DNA of 64,000 nt from the human T2T-CHM13v2.0 reference genome, Homo sapiens (GCF_009914755.1 NC_060931.1), one strand, 5' to 3'. Shown: positions 23,001 through 45,197, numbered from the stretch's first letter. Notes: generated by a model not told the origin, from the letters alone. Translations and numbers: made by a program.

Positions 23001-25559
23001 CTTAAAGCATCTACTGGGTAGTCAGTCCTGAAATAATGACTTGAGTAAACAAGAGAATACAATACTTGAAACACAGTACAGAGTATATCAAATGTGATGT
23101 GTCACATAACACAACAGAGAAGTATTGAAAGGGAGACAAATGTGGGCAACAGAGAATTGGAAAGCTATGTGGAGGAGGTAGGATTATTCCTTTTTAAAGA
23201 CATGGAATTTGTATGGAAGGAAGAAAAATGACTGAGGGAAGAATGGCATGAGTAAGAGAACAGAAGTGGGAAGGAGATTGGTTATAGAAGAAACAGTGAG
23301 AACGGTAGGTTGGGTGATGCAGAGTGAGCTATAGACAAGAGGGCAAATTAGCTGCATGGCAATGGTACTGGCCTAGGAATGCCAGTTTCCTTACATGTAA
23401 AAGTACAGAAACGACCTAGATGCTTAAGGTCTCTATCGTCATTAAAATTCTATGATTCTAGGACAGTAGGTCTCAACTCTTTTGTGCATCCAAGTAGCCT
23501 GAATAAATTTTTTAAAATTAGAGATGCCTAAAGCCTATTCCCTAAGATTTTAGGTCTGATTTAATAGGTCTGAGGGTTGATCAGAACATCTGTATTCTTA
23601 AAAGCTTCAAGGTAAGTCTGACATAGGCCAGAAAACCATTGTTCCAACCCTTCTTCCCATTACTGCATGATCTGTATTATGCACTCAATGCTTCACCCCA
23701 AATAAAGTAATTCAAGTATTAACTCCCAACTTGTGAATCTTTCTGCTTTCATAATTATCTATGGCCTCTAACCCAAGAATTCTGGGAATCTATCCTAGAC
23801 AACCAGAAATAAAATGATGTTTTCTAAACAAAGATGTGTTATTTTCAACGTCTGATTAAAATATAGTTTATCACTTCTAATGCCTAAAAATTAAGTACAA
23901 TCTAAATGGTCAATCATAGTAAACAATTAAATAAATTATGGCAAATTTGTGCTAGAATACTAATTAACAACTTAAAATGATGACCTTTTAACAAAATAAA
24001 ACACTCATAATAACATTAAATAAAAACACCAGGACACAAAACTGTACGTGTGTATACAGGACCTCATTTATGTTAAAAATAAAGATTAGAAACAAAACTG
24101 GAAGATTTGATCCAAACTGTCAACATTAGTCACCTCTAAGTTCTGGGATTATGGGTAACTTATTTTCTTGTTAATAATTTTCCATGCTTTCCAAATTTTC
24201 TATAAAACATAAATTCTATAAATTTATATAATTCATCGAGGAATAAATGTATAGATTTATGGAATCTATAAAGTAATAAACTTATTACATTGATAATTAG
24301 AAAGTAAAGTTGACCTATTCTGCTAATATGGGCTGAACAGAAACAGCAATTTGTTCCAGGGCTAAAGACATTTACATTTCAAAAAGATATGCATGAATTA
24401 ATTCTTATAAGTACTTCCCGAAGGCTCAAAATTTAAAACAAAGATCAAGACCACTAAATTCTTAAACAGTGATGAATGTAAGGTAACAACTACATCTTAG
24501 GATCAAATTAGAGTTACTGTAAGAAAGCATTCCTACTATTAAGTGCAGATTTGAAAACATGTTGAAAAATCCCATCGAAGCTGACAGAGCACTGAACCAA
24601 CTTCTACCTGGAACTTGGTGACAGTGACTGATTTGTCTCTAGCCATAAAGCCCATCAAAAACCAAAAGATTGTCTACTTAGTGGTAAAAAATAATAACGA
24701 CGATGATAGGAGGATTCTGCTGAACTCATGTTTTCAGTGGACCAAAAATATCTTCCCCTAGGTATGGGGAAGTAACTCAAGTGGAAAGAAGGGATGCTTG
24801 AAATTATTGCAAACTCTATTCATTGCATAGATTAGCCACTGGTGGGTACCATGCATCCAGGATTTATGAGGATTTCAAATACGCCGTCCTTTTGCCCCCA
24901 TAAGTACACTCAAACTCGTGAGACCATGTGCCTCTATTTTTAATTATGAAAATATGGACGCTGTATCTCCACCAGTGGTTAGAACTGTGAAACATCCTAA
25001 CCACAACGTCCAGAAGGGCGACTGATCGCAGAGCTTCAAGTGATCTTAACTACGTTATGTGTTCCTAACACACTACAGCTGTGTTCCGCGTCAGCGACGC
25101 AGGGCAGAACCATCATTGTATTAACCTTTCCCGCTCATGGGACGCGGTGCTTAGTCCCCGGGAACCGACAGGGGCTCCGCCAACAACTCTGCGTCCCGCT
25201 CTCGCGGCCCGGACGGCAGCAGCGCAGGTTAACTGGAAATGGCTGGCAAGGAAAACACCTTTTAAAATAATAAAAACAAACCACTTCTCAGGAGCTTTTC
25301 CAGCCTGGAATAAGGAATATTTATAAAAACAGTGGTAGAATATTAGGACGTTTCTAGGTTCAGTTTCACCAAGTGAAAAGACCTGGGATAAGACGAGCCC
25401 AGGGCTGCACTGGACTTGTGGGATCCAGAGACTACCCAGAAGGGCCCTGCCGTCGAGGGACCCTGATCTCTGCGCGCTTCGGCGGCGCCCGGGTGGCAGC
25501 CGGTGTCCCGCCGCGTCCCTGAGAGGCTTCGGCCTCGTCCGACCCCAGGCTGAAGATCA

Positions 25560-26006
<447 letters not shown>

Positions 26007-26090
26007 TTAACTCATCCCGCTCTCTTATTGGATAAAAGGGAGCTCAGTAGGGCGGATGTTGTCCTCCCTGCGAGGATCAAAGTAGGCAAG

Positions 26091-26201
26091 ATGGCGTCGA
26101 GCGGCGGGGAGCTAGGGAGTTTATTTGATCACCACGTCCAGAGGGCGGTATGCGACACACGGGCCAAATATCGAGAGGGACGACGGCCTCGTGCTGTGAA
26201 G
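26091..26201 (+). CDS. RBM48: RBM48 coding exon 1 (RRM protein, minor spliceosome factor)
   Basis: MASSGGELGSLFDHHVQRAVCDTRAKYREGRRPRAVK, ends AAG|gtaaag, 111 nt. Confidence 0.95.
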
Positions 26202-26752
26202 GTAAAGTGATTTTGGTTTCATTCGCTCTCCTCGGTAGCTTTATGTGAGTGCTAGCGCCATATGACCAGCCTACGGAAATAAAGGCACGACAAGGCTTCC
26301 GTCAGATCTGTCTCTCGTTAGAGCTGGCGTGAAGAACCCTCGGTCAGTTACCAAAGATTCTCACGACGCCTTTGGTCAAGTATTAGAACATCAACTCCAC
26401 GAGAATAGGCCTTGGTTTTAGTCATTGGATCTTCTGTGTTTACAGTACTACTTGGCACAGGTAAGCACTCAGTGAATATTCGTTGAGTGATTGTTCCCAG
26501 TGACTTCTACCGACTCAATTTCTGGAAAAAAATGTCGACTGAAGGTAGTCTGTTATATGCCTTAGGTAGCCTCTCACATGGACTGTTATTCTTTATGCAG
26601 AAGGAATGGCAGAAATTTCATTTTGTGTTCTTTTGCTGACTGGGTTGAACAGATTATTTCTTGTTTTCAAAGTTCTCTTTAAAAAAAAATAGAGGCAGAT
26701 TCGTCCTAGGCTTATTTGCGAAATACGTTTAATAACTCTGCATTTCTTTCAG

Positions 26753-26943
26753 GTATATACAATCAATTTGGAATCTCAGTACTTATTAATACAAGGAGTT
26801 CCTGCTGTGGGAGTCATGAAGGAATTAGTTGAGCGATTCGCTTTATATGGTGCAATTGAACAGTACAATGCTCTAGATGAATACCCAGCAGAAGACTTTA
26901 CTGAAGTTTATCTTATTAAATTTATGAACTTACAAAGTGCAAG
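26753..26943 (+). CDS. RBM48: RBM48 exon 2 (RRM)
   Basis: cag|GTA TAT...GCA AG|gtaat, 191 nt, VYTINLESQYLLIQGVPAVGVMKELVERFALYGAIEQY... Confidence 0.95.
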
Positions 26944-27173
26944 GTAATGTGCAAGTTAAGAAATGACTCATTTCCTCATTTCTTCCATTCATATTTCTGT
27001 CATTTTGGCCCCAAGTTTCCCTCATTCATAACTGAATTACCCCAAAACGTAATCTAGCATATCTTCCTCCAGCCTTTTTAAAAGTTAACTTTACTGAAAC
27101 ACTGTATCCATCACATCATTCCCATGCTTAACAATTTAATGTCCTGTAGCTTGGTAGAGTAGAAGTTGGGTTT

Positions 27174-28370
<1,197 letters not shown>

Positions 28371-29680
28371 GTTGGGTTTGGAGTAAGTTTTCCATTTCCA
28401 CTGCTTACTAGCTTCATGATCTTGGGCAAGTTATTTAACCTGTTTAAGTTTTTCCTCTTCCATAAAATCTGTATGGTAAAGGGACCTATCTACTTCTTGG
28501 GGTTGTATGAGGATGAAATGAGATAATCCATATAAAGGTGTATCCTGGTCAGAATACAGTAAACATTAGCTATTGTGGTTTCTACTGTTACTCCTTTCTG
28601 CAAACTGACTCAGTTTTTTCCAGCCTTCTATGTGACATAATCCTCTGCTCCAAAAAGGCTGAAGTATGCAGTGCCTTATCTATTTTTATATTGATCTCTG
28701 TTCTCCTCACTAATCTGCTCTGAGACCCATCCTTCTCTGGCTATTACAATTCATATTTTCTTTCTTGTGCTATCAGTAGAACTCATAGTCTACCACAAAA
28801 GCACTTGATTTTACTGGGTCTTGTGTGGTTTTCTCAGGCTGCTGTTATATGTAATTTCACTTTCTTAACCAACCTGCCAGCTCCCATGGTTAGGGAAACA
28901 TTTTCTAGAGCTTTTCTGTTTTCTATAGTACGTAGTCTGGTAGGCTCTGAAGTAAGACATCTGGATTTGAATCCTTGCTCCTCAAACCAGACTATGAGCA
29001 TGGCTAAGTTACATAATGTCCCAGTGCTTCAGTTTCATTACAGTGTTGTTTTTAGGTGTTAATTCAAGTGAAGCGCTTATGACATTGCCTGGCATATGGT
29101 GAAATCTCAACAAGTATTTATCATTATCCCTGGATATAGAAGTAGTTAAATTTATTGTAGTACCTGGCCAGTCATAGATGTTTAGTAAGTATTTATTGAC
29201 TGAATAACATTCTTCTCATTTTCTCATTGTTATATATTTAATAGTTCCTCAGTTATTGAATGTTTTATGATTATAGTATCTTTCATCTGATTTTTAAGGC
29301 ATGAATCCCATCACAGAAATACATAGTGCTGAAAAAGCTTAATTGGGTATGAACCAACTCTTCAGGGCCACAGAGAAAAGCTCCATTTTATGACCACAGT
29401 TTACATACTTCAGGCCAACCAGCTGGGTCCTTAGTTGTTTAAAGACTAGGGAACAAAGAGGCTCAAAGGGAAGGAAAGGGGAGGCTCTACGAGTACATAC
29501 TCGATCAATGGGATGAATACTGTCCACAAGCAGAGCATCTTAATTCCCAATCCACAGGATATATATACACGTAGCAAAAGCTGGACTTTGCTCTTTAGAT
29601 CCAGATATTGCATACTAGTTAAGCTTTCATCCCAAGTAAATCTAGATTAAAAAACTATGCTATCTTGTATTTCCATTCAG

Positions 29681-29826
29681 GACAGCCAAGAGAAAAATGG
29701 ATGAACAGAGTTTCTTCGGTGGATTGCTTCATGTGTGCTATGCTCCAGAATTTGAAACAGTTGAAGAAACTAGAAAAAAACTACAAATGCGGAAGGCATA
29801 TGTAGTAAAAACTACTGAAAATAAAG
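29681..29826 (+). CDS. RBM48: RBM48 exon 3
   Basis: cag|G ACA...AAA G|gtatg, 146 nt, includes DEQSFFGGLLHVCYAPEFETVEETRKKL. Confidence 0.95.
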
Positions 29827-31678
29827 GTATGGAAAGCATATTGCTAAATGCCTCCTGTGTGTCAGGCACTCTGCCAGGTGTGTCATCATGCAATTCCCAG
29901 TCTAGTGGTAGGAGAGGCAAGTAAACCATCACAGTATTCAGTAACTGTGAACCACAGGGTTCTCTGCAGCACACTACATAATCTGGGTTGAGAAGGGAGA
30001 AATATTGGTTCATAGAAGACTTCCTATAGTATGTGAGAAGTGGCTGAATTTTAAAGGATAAGTAGACGTTAACTAAATGGGAGAGGAAAAGATGGAAAGG
30101 CAAGCCAGGCAAGATGTTTAAATGTTTAGAGGAATAAATGAGCATCATGCATTTAAGGAACTTTAATTAATACAGTATAACCAAAGCCCAAAGGTTTCAG
30201 TGAGAGATAAGTTTAGAAAAGTGGGTAAGAAGTGAATCATGGAGGGCCTTGTGTCCCATGCTAAGGAATTAAGGCTTTGACCAGAATGCAGTGAGAAGCA
30301 GTTATGATTTGCAGTTGTCAAATCATATAGTTGTCACTGCTAATCATGGAGAAGTTCTACTTTTGACCAGCAATTGGCTAAATGCCCCCACATGCCTGTT
30401 CTACCACATAGTGATGGAGAGAAATAAAGTGGGAAAACTCTTGGAAAACTTACTCAGAAATCTGGTAAGAGAGCTGTTGAGAATCCCCAGTCATCTGCAG
30501 ACATTGAACTCTAACTTGTAAGATAAGTAAATAAATAGCACCAGGAAAACTTGTATGTTTGTGTGGCAAAGGAAATTATAAAATATTAATGTGGAGAAAG
30601 ACCTTTGACATTATCTGACCTGGGTCCTAATTTTTCTGGGTGAGGAAACTAAGTCTCAGAAAGTTTGTGACCTGCCTATATTATTAGAGATGAATTAAAG
30701 ACAAAATAAGGGTTAAAACCCAAGCTTTGGACTCTGTCCAGAGTTTACTTTTTAACTGCTTTAATCATCTCAGTGTTGGTGACAGCCTAGGATTATCTTC
30801 ATTATTTGCTCCCCTTCCTCTTAAGACCTTTTTGCTGTGCTGCTGACCTCAGAATTAAACTATGACTTGTTTGGCCTTGGACACTTTAGTTAAGCTCTCT
30901 TTCATCTGCAGCATTCTAGCCTCTACAAGATGCATTTGTATACGTGGTCTTACTTTTCAAAAACTCTTATTATGGAAATTTCAAAACACACAGGCAGAGA
31001 GACTAAGTTAACATAACTCCCATGTATTAATATTAACATTAACAATCATCAACACATAGCCAATTTCATCTTTACCACATCTTCCATACTCCATTCCTGT
31101 TGTAATCTGCTTTTGGGAGAGTAAACCAGGGAAGAGGCCCTTGCCAGCCCTAGAAGTGCGACAAGCATATTGCTTTCTTTAGTGACTAACAAACACAAGC
31201 CAAGGAGCATGATACATCCAGATAGTGGAATACTCTGAAATTGTAAAAAAAAAAAAAAAAAAAAAACCTTTCTATATAATGATGAAAAACCTCTGTAAGA
31301 TCTACAGTGAAATGGAAAATGCAGAGGTGCAGAGAAATGCGTATTACAGGTTATCTTAAAGTGGGGAGAAAATGGGAGGAAGGAGGTGGCAAAGTGAGAC
31401 ATATTGAACAGATAAATAAAAAACAATAGTGATTACTTATGGGGATGAAACCAGACCCATGGAGAGCAAGGAAAGGGTGACACTTGATGCTATATATCTT
31501 TTTATCCGTTTTAGGTTTTAAACCATGTGAATATATACCCTTCTCAAGAAATGATTTTTTTGGAGTAGAATTTGTTAACATTTTTAAGTGATTTTTTTAA
31601 ATTATATGATTCTGAATGATGAAAACAATAAACCACTTCTGTTTCCCTTTCCCTCAACTTTTAAATTGTAATATAAAG

Positions 31679-32247
31679 ACCATTACGTGACAAAGAAGAA
31701 ATTGGTTACAGAGCATAAAGACACAGAGGATTTTAGACAAGACTTCCACTCAGAGATGTCTGGATTTTGTAAAGCTGCTTTGAACACTTCTGCAGGGAAC
31801 TCAAATCCTTATCTTCCGTATTCCTGTGAATTGCCTTTATGTTATTTCTCCTCAAAATGTATGTGTTCATCCGGGGGACCTGTAGACAGAGCACCAGACT
31901 CCTCTAAGGATGGTAGAAACCATCATAAAACAATGGGGCATTATAACCACAATGACTCTTTGCGGAAAACACAGATAAACTCTTTGAAAAACTCAGTGGC
32001 CTGCCCTGGTGCACAAAAGGCTATTACGTCTTCAGAGGCAGTTGACAGATTTATGCCTAGGACAACACAACTGCAGGAGCGCAAAAGAAGAAGAGAAGAT
32101 GATCGTAAACTTGGAACTTTTCTTCAAACAAACCCAACTGGTAATGAGATTATGATTGGACCTCTGTTACCAGACATCTCTAAAGTGGATATGCACGATG
32201 ACTCATTGAATACAACGGCGAATTTAATTCGGCATAAACTTAAAGAG
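31679..32247 (+). CDS. RBM48: RBM48 exon 4
   Basis: aag|AC CAT...GAG|gtaag, 569 nt; matches ORF 31687..32361 up to HKLKE. Confidence 0.93.
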
Positions 32248-34127
32248 GTAAGGTTATTTTTAAAAAACTATTCTAAGACACGATTTGGTTATAGGATTAA
32301 ATGGAGAATTATTTGTGGGAACAATAGTACTGTAATTTTTTTTCACTTTTTAGTGTTTTGATGTGTTTTTCTACAGTTCTCTGTTGAAATAACTGAATTT
32401 GGCTAACATTTTATTTGCTTTAAACTGTTAATACTTGCTTTAAACAATGAACAGACATTTTATATCACTGTAGATACAAAATATTAAAGCAGTGGTTTCA
32501 GCCAATTAAATCAATCTGTGAGAGTGGAGCCCAGGCCTGCCATTTTTGTTAAAAGCTCCCCAGGTAGTTCTAATATGAGCCAAAGTTGAGAAGCAAAAGT
32601 ATTGTAAATTATTTCTCTCAAATTTAGAGTTATTACAGTTTATATCAAATTCAAAATGCTTAATTTGCTTTTGTGATAAAGAGCAATAGAAGGTGGTGAG
32701 ATTTCTAAAAATTAGGCCTCCAGGTATGCATTTCAAATGTAGACTTCTTAAATGATCGGGATCAGATTGTGCTGCCTAGGTAGTCTGTTTTTTTTTTTAA
32801 TGTCATTTACATAATCATTTTCCATTTCCTAAGCACAAATGAAGTTAACATCTGAGTTAGCTTTTGAAAGACACCTTTTTGTGGGGTAGGGACTACTGTT
32901 ACAAATCATAAACTGAGGGTTATGACATTCTCTTATACTTACTCCAAGATGCAGAAACTGCTTTTCACATAGTTTTACTCATATTTTACAATGTGATTAA
33001 GGGAGGCTAAGGTAGTTTAATTTCATATATGTACATTTTTTACCTAAAAATATCTGATTAAAGGTATTATTTAATAATAATTAAAATCCGTGGGCACAGT
33101 TTTGAAGCCTTCTTTAGCTTTTCAGTTTAGGCTGGGCCCAGTGCCTCACACCAATAACTTCAGCACTTTGGGAGGCTGAGGTGAGCAGATTGCTTGAGCC
33201 CAGGAGTCTGAGACCAGCCTGACCAATGTGATGAAACCCCATCTTTACCATAAATATACAAAAATTAGCCAGGCGTGGTGGTGAACTCTTGTAGCTACTT
33301 GGGAAGCTTAGGTGGAAGGGTACTTGAGTCTGGGAGGCGGAGGTTGCAGTGAGCCAAGATCATGCCACTGCACTCCAGCCTGGGTGACAGTGTGAGACCC
33401 TGTCTCAAAAAAAAAGGTTTTCAGTTTGTGCTGCCACCCTTACTTCCTTCCTTCAGTTACAGCTGAACTGAGGCATAGACATAGATACATACCTGTCTCA
33501 ACCAGAGCTGATTACATTTTCAAGATAAACGTGTGAAGTCCAAATTCTAGGTCCAGAAATAGAACAACAAAAAAAAGATATTAAATACAGTTTACTATAG
33601 TTTCTAATAATTTTCCATTTCAAATGAAGACTCTTACTTTGCTTTGACTTATTGTATACTCTTTGTACACTCTTTTTCTGATGGTGTGTTTGCTTTTCCT
33701 TTTTCTCCAGGAAATTGAGGATTATACTGCTTCCTGCTCATTTCTCCAAAGGTTTTCATCCCCCCAAATCTATCAAACGTTATCAGTGTTTCAAGAATGC
33801 AAAACCAGGATATCTATCTGAATCCGTAATATAACAAGTGTCTTTAGATCTATAAAGGAATGTTAAAGTAGAGCATATGTTCACTTTTCTTCCTCCAAAT
33901 TTTTTTTCTTTTTAAATAGCTTTAGAAATTTTACTGTCATCAGTATTCAAATGGAAGACTCCACTCTGTGCCTAGGTCATAGGCTGTACCTTGAACTTAG
34001 GCGAACTCTGCCTCGAAAGTGACATCAAGGATTGAACTATTGGATGTAGTCTTACCTCTTCTAATAGCTTATTTACTCCTGTGCTATAGAAACTAAGTTT
34101 TAATGGTTCTTTTTTTTTTTTAATTAG

Positions 34128-34214
34128 GTAATTTCATCTGTGCCAAAGCCTCCAGAGGACAAGCCAGAAGATGTACATACAAGTCATCCATTAAAACAAA
34201 GAAGAAGAATATAG
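34128..34214 (+). CDS. RBM48: RBM48 exon 5 coding part, to stop
   Basis: tag|GTA ATT...ATA TAG, VISSVPKPPEDKPEDVHTSHPLKQRRRI*; total CDS 367 aa. Confidence 0.94.
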   Translation, partial: VISSVPKPPEDKPEDVHTSHPLKQRRRI

Positions 34215-34333
34215 AGTGCCAGCAGCAACTTAGTATTTTCTAAAAAGAACATTTATTATTTATTTTTAGCCTGTCATTTTAATTCTTCAAGAGATTTTAC
34301 TGCTGGTATTTTTTAATGCACTCCTCTTTGTAA

Positions 34334-34698
<365 letters not shown>

Positions 34699-34768
34699 TA
34701 ACATTATCTCTCATGTACAGTAATTATATGTAAATTAATTGAAGCAAATATGGAAACTTTACAATAGA

Positions 34769-34774
34769 AATAAA
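34769..34774 (+). terminator. RBM48: Probable RBM48 polyadenylation signal
   Basis: AATAAA ~555 nt after the stop codon. Confidence 0.65.
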
Positions 34775-34800
34775 GATAGGCAGCCAGCGTCTGTTTCCAA

Positions 34801-34884
34801 TTATAATACAAGTATTGAATGAACCATTGAAACACTAGAAGTCAGGATGTTTCCGAATGCCAGGGTTTCAAAATCAAGACAATT
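34801..34884 (-). pseudogene. Calaxin-like pseudogene probable exon 6 (terminal)
   Basis: tttttacttcatag|AAT, phase 0, NCLDFETLAFGNILTSSVSMVHSILVL* (cf. calaxin SQMEFEAQVF); similarity is short. Confidence 0.65.
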
Positions 34885-35390
34885 CTATGAAGTAAAAAGT
34901 AGATTAGCTATTAGAACAAAGCTGAAATTAGAACCTTATATGCTTTAAATAACTTTTAAGAATTTGCTTGACCTGTGGCAATCCAAAAATACATCAGTAT
35001 TTATAAATTCTAGACTTCTGTTACTACTTCTGGCATATCCACACTTTTTTCTGTCAGTGGATTACATAATTGGAAATTTCAGTACATCTAGACTGTCTCT
35101 ATTTTCTTTTTCTTTTTTTATTTTTAGTAGAGACAGGGTCTCACTGTGTTGCCCAGGCAGGTATTGAACTCCTGGGCTCAAGTGATTCACCCACCTCGGC
35201 CTCCCAAAGTACTAGGATTATGGGTGTGACCCACTGTGCCTGGCCATTTTCTTTACTGATAAAAATAACTTGAGAAGGTCCATACCGTGGTGTGTTGTTT
35301 TCATTTCTCCCTATCTTTAATGGCCTCTTGCCTAGTGGATTGAATTTGAACATACCAGTTAATAAGGTTCAATTTCAGCTATGATGTACT

Positions 35391-35753
35391 TGTAGCAGGA
35401 CGAGCTGCAGACAAAACCCCGCAGACACCAGGTTATAGAAAGAAGAGGCTTTATTCGGCCAGGAGCGTCGGCAGACTTGTGTCTCAAGAACCGTGCTCCC
35501 TGAAGAAAAAGTTCCTGGTCCTTTTAAGGGCTTACAACTGTAAGAGGGTCTGCGTGAAAGGGTTGTGATAGACGGAGCAAGTGATCTATAGGCAACACAT
35601 GGTTAGAGTTGGGGGGTTAATCTTTAACCTCAGGCCTGGTCAGTGGCGTCGGTTGGTTTTGCCACTGGCTCCATTCCTGTTGTTTTTCAGCTTTTACTCC
35701 CTCCTCCTCTTCAGAGATGGGAGACAGGAAGAGAAATGGCCTCTCTCCTCACA
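35391..35753 (-). mobile_element. ERV solo LTR (family not assigned)
   Basis: TG...CA termini; TGTAGCAGGACGAGC end typical of ERV1 LTRs; minus-strand AATAAA at ~35450. Confidence 0.75.
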
Positions 35754-36668
35754 CTGATCCAAATTAACTAGGATGGCTCCAAGTGGTAGATGGTACTAAC
35801 AGCAAGCTGCAGATAAGGAGGGTAGGCCCTACTTCCATGTGAGGTAATTAGATACAGTTTTTGCTGAAATCTCAGGTAAAGGATATATTAGAGACCTAAG
35901 CATAGAATTGGAAGGAGCAAATTGCTGTCTGGTTCAGGCTTCTCAGACTATAAGTTGCTATGATCTCCACCTCAGGATCTTGTTAAAATGCAGATTCTGG
36001 TGGTGGTGGTGGCCAGGGGCTGTGGGGAGGGAAAATGAGGAGTTACGGTTTAATGGGCATAGAATTTCAGTTTTGGAAGATGAAAAGAGTTCTAGAGATC
36101 TGTTGCATGACAAACGTTACCTGACAGTTAAGGAGAGGAGCTGCTAAATGGGTCGTGTGTTTCTGAATGGGTTCCTGATAGTCCTGTGACCATGCGGAAG
36201 CCAGCACTCCTCATCCCCACCAACATAATTCATCATGAGGAGAGACAGAAAGAAACCTTTGTGGTGTCAAGCAGCAAAACAAAACAAAAAGATTCAAATT
36301 AAGTTGGTTTGGGTGGGGCCTGAGATTCTGCATTTTTCCCAAGTCCCTAGGTGCTGCCAGTGCTGCTGGTGCACAGACCATCTTTGAATAGCAAGGCTCT
36401 AGATAACTGGGCTACAGATGAACTCTGGAAGCAGCTGAAGAACGGTTGGCTGTTCCATCCTAAGCAGTTACTCTGATCTAGTCCATTATGCTATATACTG
36501 TTTTCGCTCATCTCTTTTCAGATTGGAAGCCTGCCTTTTACACATTGCTTTTTACCACACGTTTCCAGAAAGTTAAAATGCGGGGTAGAGGGAATAAACT
36601 ACAGGGAGACAAATAAATTAAAGAGATGAGTTGAGGTGGATAAGGATAGCTTAATAACATGCAAGCTA

Positions 36669-37082
<414 letters not shown>

Positions 37083-37544
37083 TCAGAAAACTTTTGTCAG
37101 ATGCATACATGAAAAACCTTCATAAGCACAAAGTACTCTATGTCTCCAAAATTTTAAAAACATTGACAGCAATTGTATTGAAAGAGATCAAGTGTTCTAG
37201 CAGTTTGTGGTGTACTTGCTGAAACTCTATTCAGTGTTCTATCCCTTAAGCAAGCCAATATACCCTGGATTTGGTTTGGGAAATACACCATACTTACAGG
37301 AAACAGGAATTGTCTATTGCTAAAGAGGTTAAAAGCTCAATGGAAGTCTTGAATATAGTTACTGAAATAATCATGAATGTCTTCTTGGGGCCCAAATGCC
37401 AGGATGGGGCTGAACTCTCAATGATTGCCTTGACTTCAGCAGTGGGCTGCAGCCCAACAGAGGAGAGTGTCTAGCAAGTATTACTCTCTGACCCTTTAAA
37501 ATTTTTCCTGAATCTATATGGGCTATTGGCACTAGTAACTATAC

Positions 37545-37648
37545 ATTTGCTTCTGGTAAACATGGTCCAAACACCTCCAACAGAAGTCTGTCTTCTCTTA
37601 CTGTTTTTCAAAGTCTGCAAGCGATAGCTTGCCATCATTGTCATAATC
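37545..37648 (-). pseudogene. Calaxin-like pseudogene exon 5 (EF-hand; dead acceptor, frameshift)
   Basis: cctaa|GAT acceptor; 104 nt where 105 is needed; DYDNDGKLSLADFEK/xVREDRLLLEVFGPCLPEAN|gtatag. Confidence 0.9.
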
Positions 37649-38474
37649 TTAGGAAGATGTTTCTTGGTAAATACTAGTTTTAAATTTTGCATGGCAAATA
37701 GCTCTCTAGACTAAAAAAATTTTACCAAATAAAAGTTCACACTTCTGTAGACACCCTACATACATAAAAAATTATTTATTTACAGAGGCCACTTATTTTA
37801 TTTGTACTATTCTAATAGGCATACCTGAGTTACCCTAGATATATAAAATATAGCCCTGTCCCTAAAACACTTATACTCTAATTGGAGAAATAAGATAAAA
37901 ATTAGAGGAAGTCCATTATTATATGGCTACTTTATGATAAAATAAGTACAATAGGGCAATGATTTTCAAATTAATTTTTTTGTAGAATTTGTTCCACAAA
38001 GTATCTCTTACTTGGGAGCCCATCAGGTAAAAAGGGTAACAGTGAAGTTGCTCTGTTAAGGAGGAAGGCACTGGGAGTTATGGAAGTAACAGTTCTGAAG
38101 AAGACTTGCAGACCACTGCTGAACCTTTAAGGATGGTTGGGATAGGTAGAGAGGTGTGAGGAGGAGGTGCAGAAGAGTGGCCCACCTGAATTAAGACAGC
38201 AAATGGGTATAAATTAAGAAGACAGACCTGCCTGGAGTGAAGCATTCATGACAGGGATTATGAGAGACCAAGTATGTTGCGCAGGAGTAGCGGGTGAGAA
38301 TAGCATGTGTAGAGATTATGAATGCCTTTAACTGCTTAATTGGATTGGTTTCAACAGGTCCTTGTTTTTTCACTTCTGGGCCTAATTACATCAGGATTGC
38401 TGAGAGTCTAATCTAGAGAAAAGTTTGAGTAATTGTCAGAAAAAATTTACTCCATAACATTTTCTTTCAAAGGA

Positions 38475-43390
<4,916 letters not shown>

Positions 43391-43577
43391 AAAGAAGGGT
43401 GTGTGTGGTACTGGGAACATACTGTCTCTCAGGAAGGAATCTACCCTCAGCCCTAACAGGCCTAGTGAGTATATTTCCAAAAGAAGAGGATACTTTGGAG
43501 ACTGCATTAGCTGGATCTGAGACTCCAAAACCTCCCACCATCTGTTTCTTTCCTGAACTCCAAAGTAATACAGGTGA

Positions 43578-44028
<451 letters not shown>

Positions 44029-44127
44029 TGAATTATGCACCCCATTTTCTAGGGTGACCTTGGGTAAACCTTTCTGTATTTCAGTTTTCTCATTTGCAAA
44101 ATGGAGATAATAGTTTCTACTTCATAG

Positions 44128-45197
44128 TGATGGCAACAGCGGCCCATCTGGAGTGGCCATTGCAAAGGTGCCAGCTGCAGCAGGGAGGCGTAGCTGGGGC
44201 TGTGTGCGCTACATAGCAGGCAGGATCCCCACCCTCCTGGGCACAGCTGCCGCTGCCCAAGCCACAGCTGCGGACCCAGGCATCTCTGCACTCTTAGGGG
44301 CCGGGAAGGCCCCCCTTCCCCCCACAGGCTTGGAGATGCCTGCTCCCACTCTCTGACCTCTCCCTTCTCCTGGCACCTACTCCACAGGCTTGGAAGCACC
44401 TGCTGCCACTTCTGGCCTCTCGCTGCTCCGGCACCCATTCCAATCTTAGAGCAAAGTTGAGGCTGAGCCAGGGCACTGTCGCGACCTGGCCAGGTGTGCG
44501 CACACTCAGGGCAGTGCTGACACACCAGCCCCCTGCTGACTTGGCCCCCTCCGGACTTTGGGCACTGACTAGCATTGGAGAGAGGCCGAGGAGGTGCTGA
44601 AGGCAGTTCAGCGCTGGCCTGCAGGCACTCCTTGTCACCAACAACCTGGGCGCCATGAACAGCGGCAGGAGGCAGACAGGCTCTGGGGTGGAAAGGGGTG
44701 TGTCCTCAGTTTTGAAGAGAGAAGGAGAGAAGAGCTGCGGCCCTTCAGAGAGCCCAGACCTAGGAGCTCCCCAAGCCAGGGATGTGACACCCTGTTTGGG
44801 AATCTGTAGTTCCTGGCTTCTCCAAGCTTCTGGGCACCACCACATTCCCTGGTGCCAACTGTGGAAGCTGTTTGTGGTATACCTGGTCCAGCTGCAGCCT
44901 CACAGGGAGGTAGCGCTTGTGCCAGCACCTGGAGCTGCCCACCCCACCACAGCCAGTGTGCCTGTCTGTGCGCAGTGGCTGGACCCCATGGTCATTCACT
45001 CACACACCCTTTGCTGCTCTGAGCCTGACTCACCCTTGGCAGGCATGGGATTCAGGCCAGTAGCACAAGCCAAGCACAACCCTGCCAGGCCGAGTGGATG
45101 GAATGAGTCCAGTAGGCCTGAGCAAAACTTGGACAAAGGTGCCACTAGCCACAGAGGTTTCTGGCTGGCAAGGTGACACCCCAAGAATCCCATGACA
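44128..45197. mobile_element. ERV1 solo LTR (MER52-like) inserted in a MIR
   Basis: TG...CA termini, GC-rich ~1.07 kb, resembles MER52 as recalled; MIR-like sequence on both sides. Confidence 0.75.
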
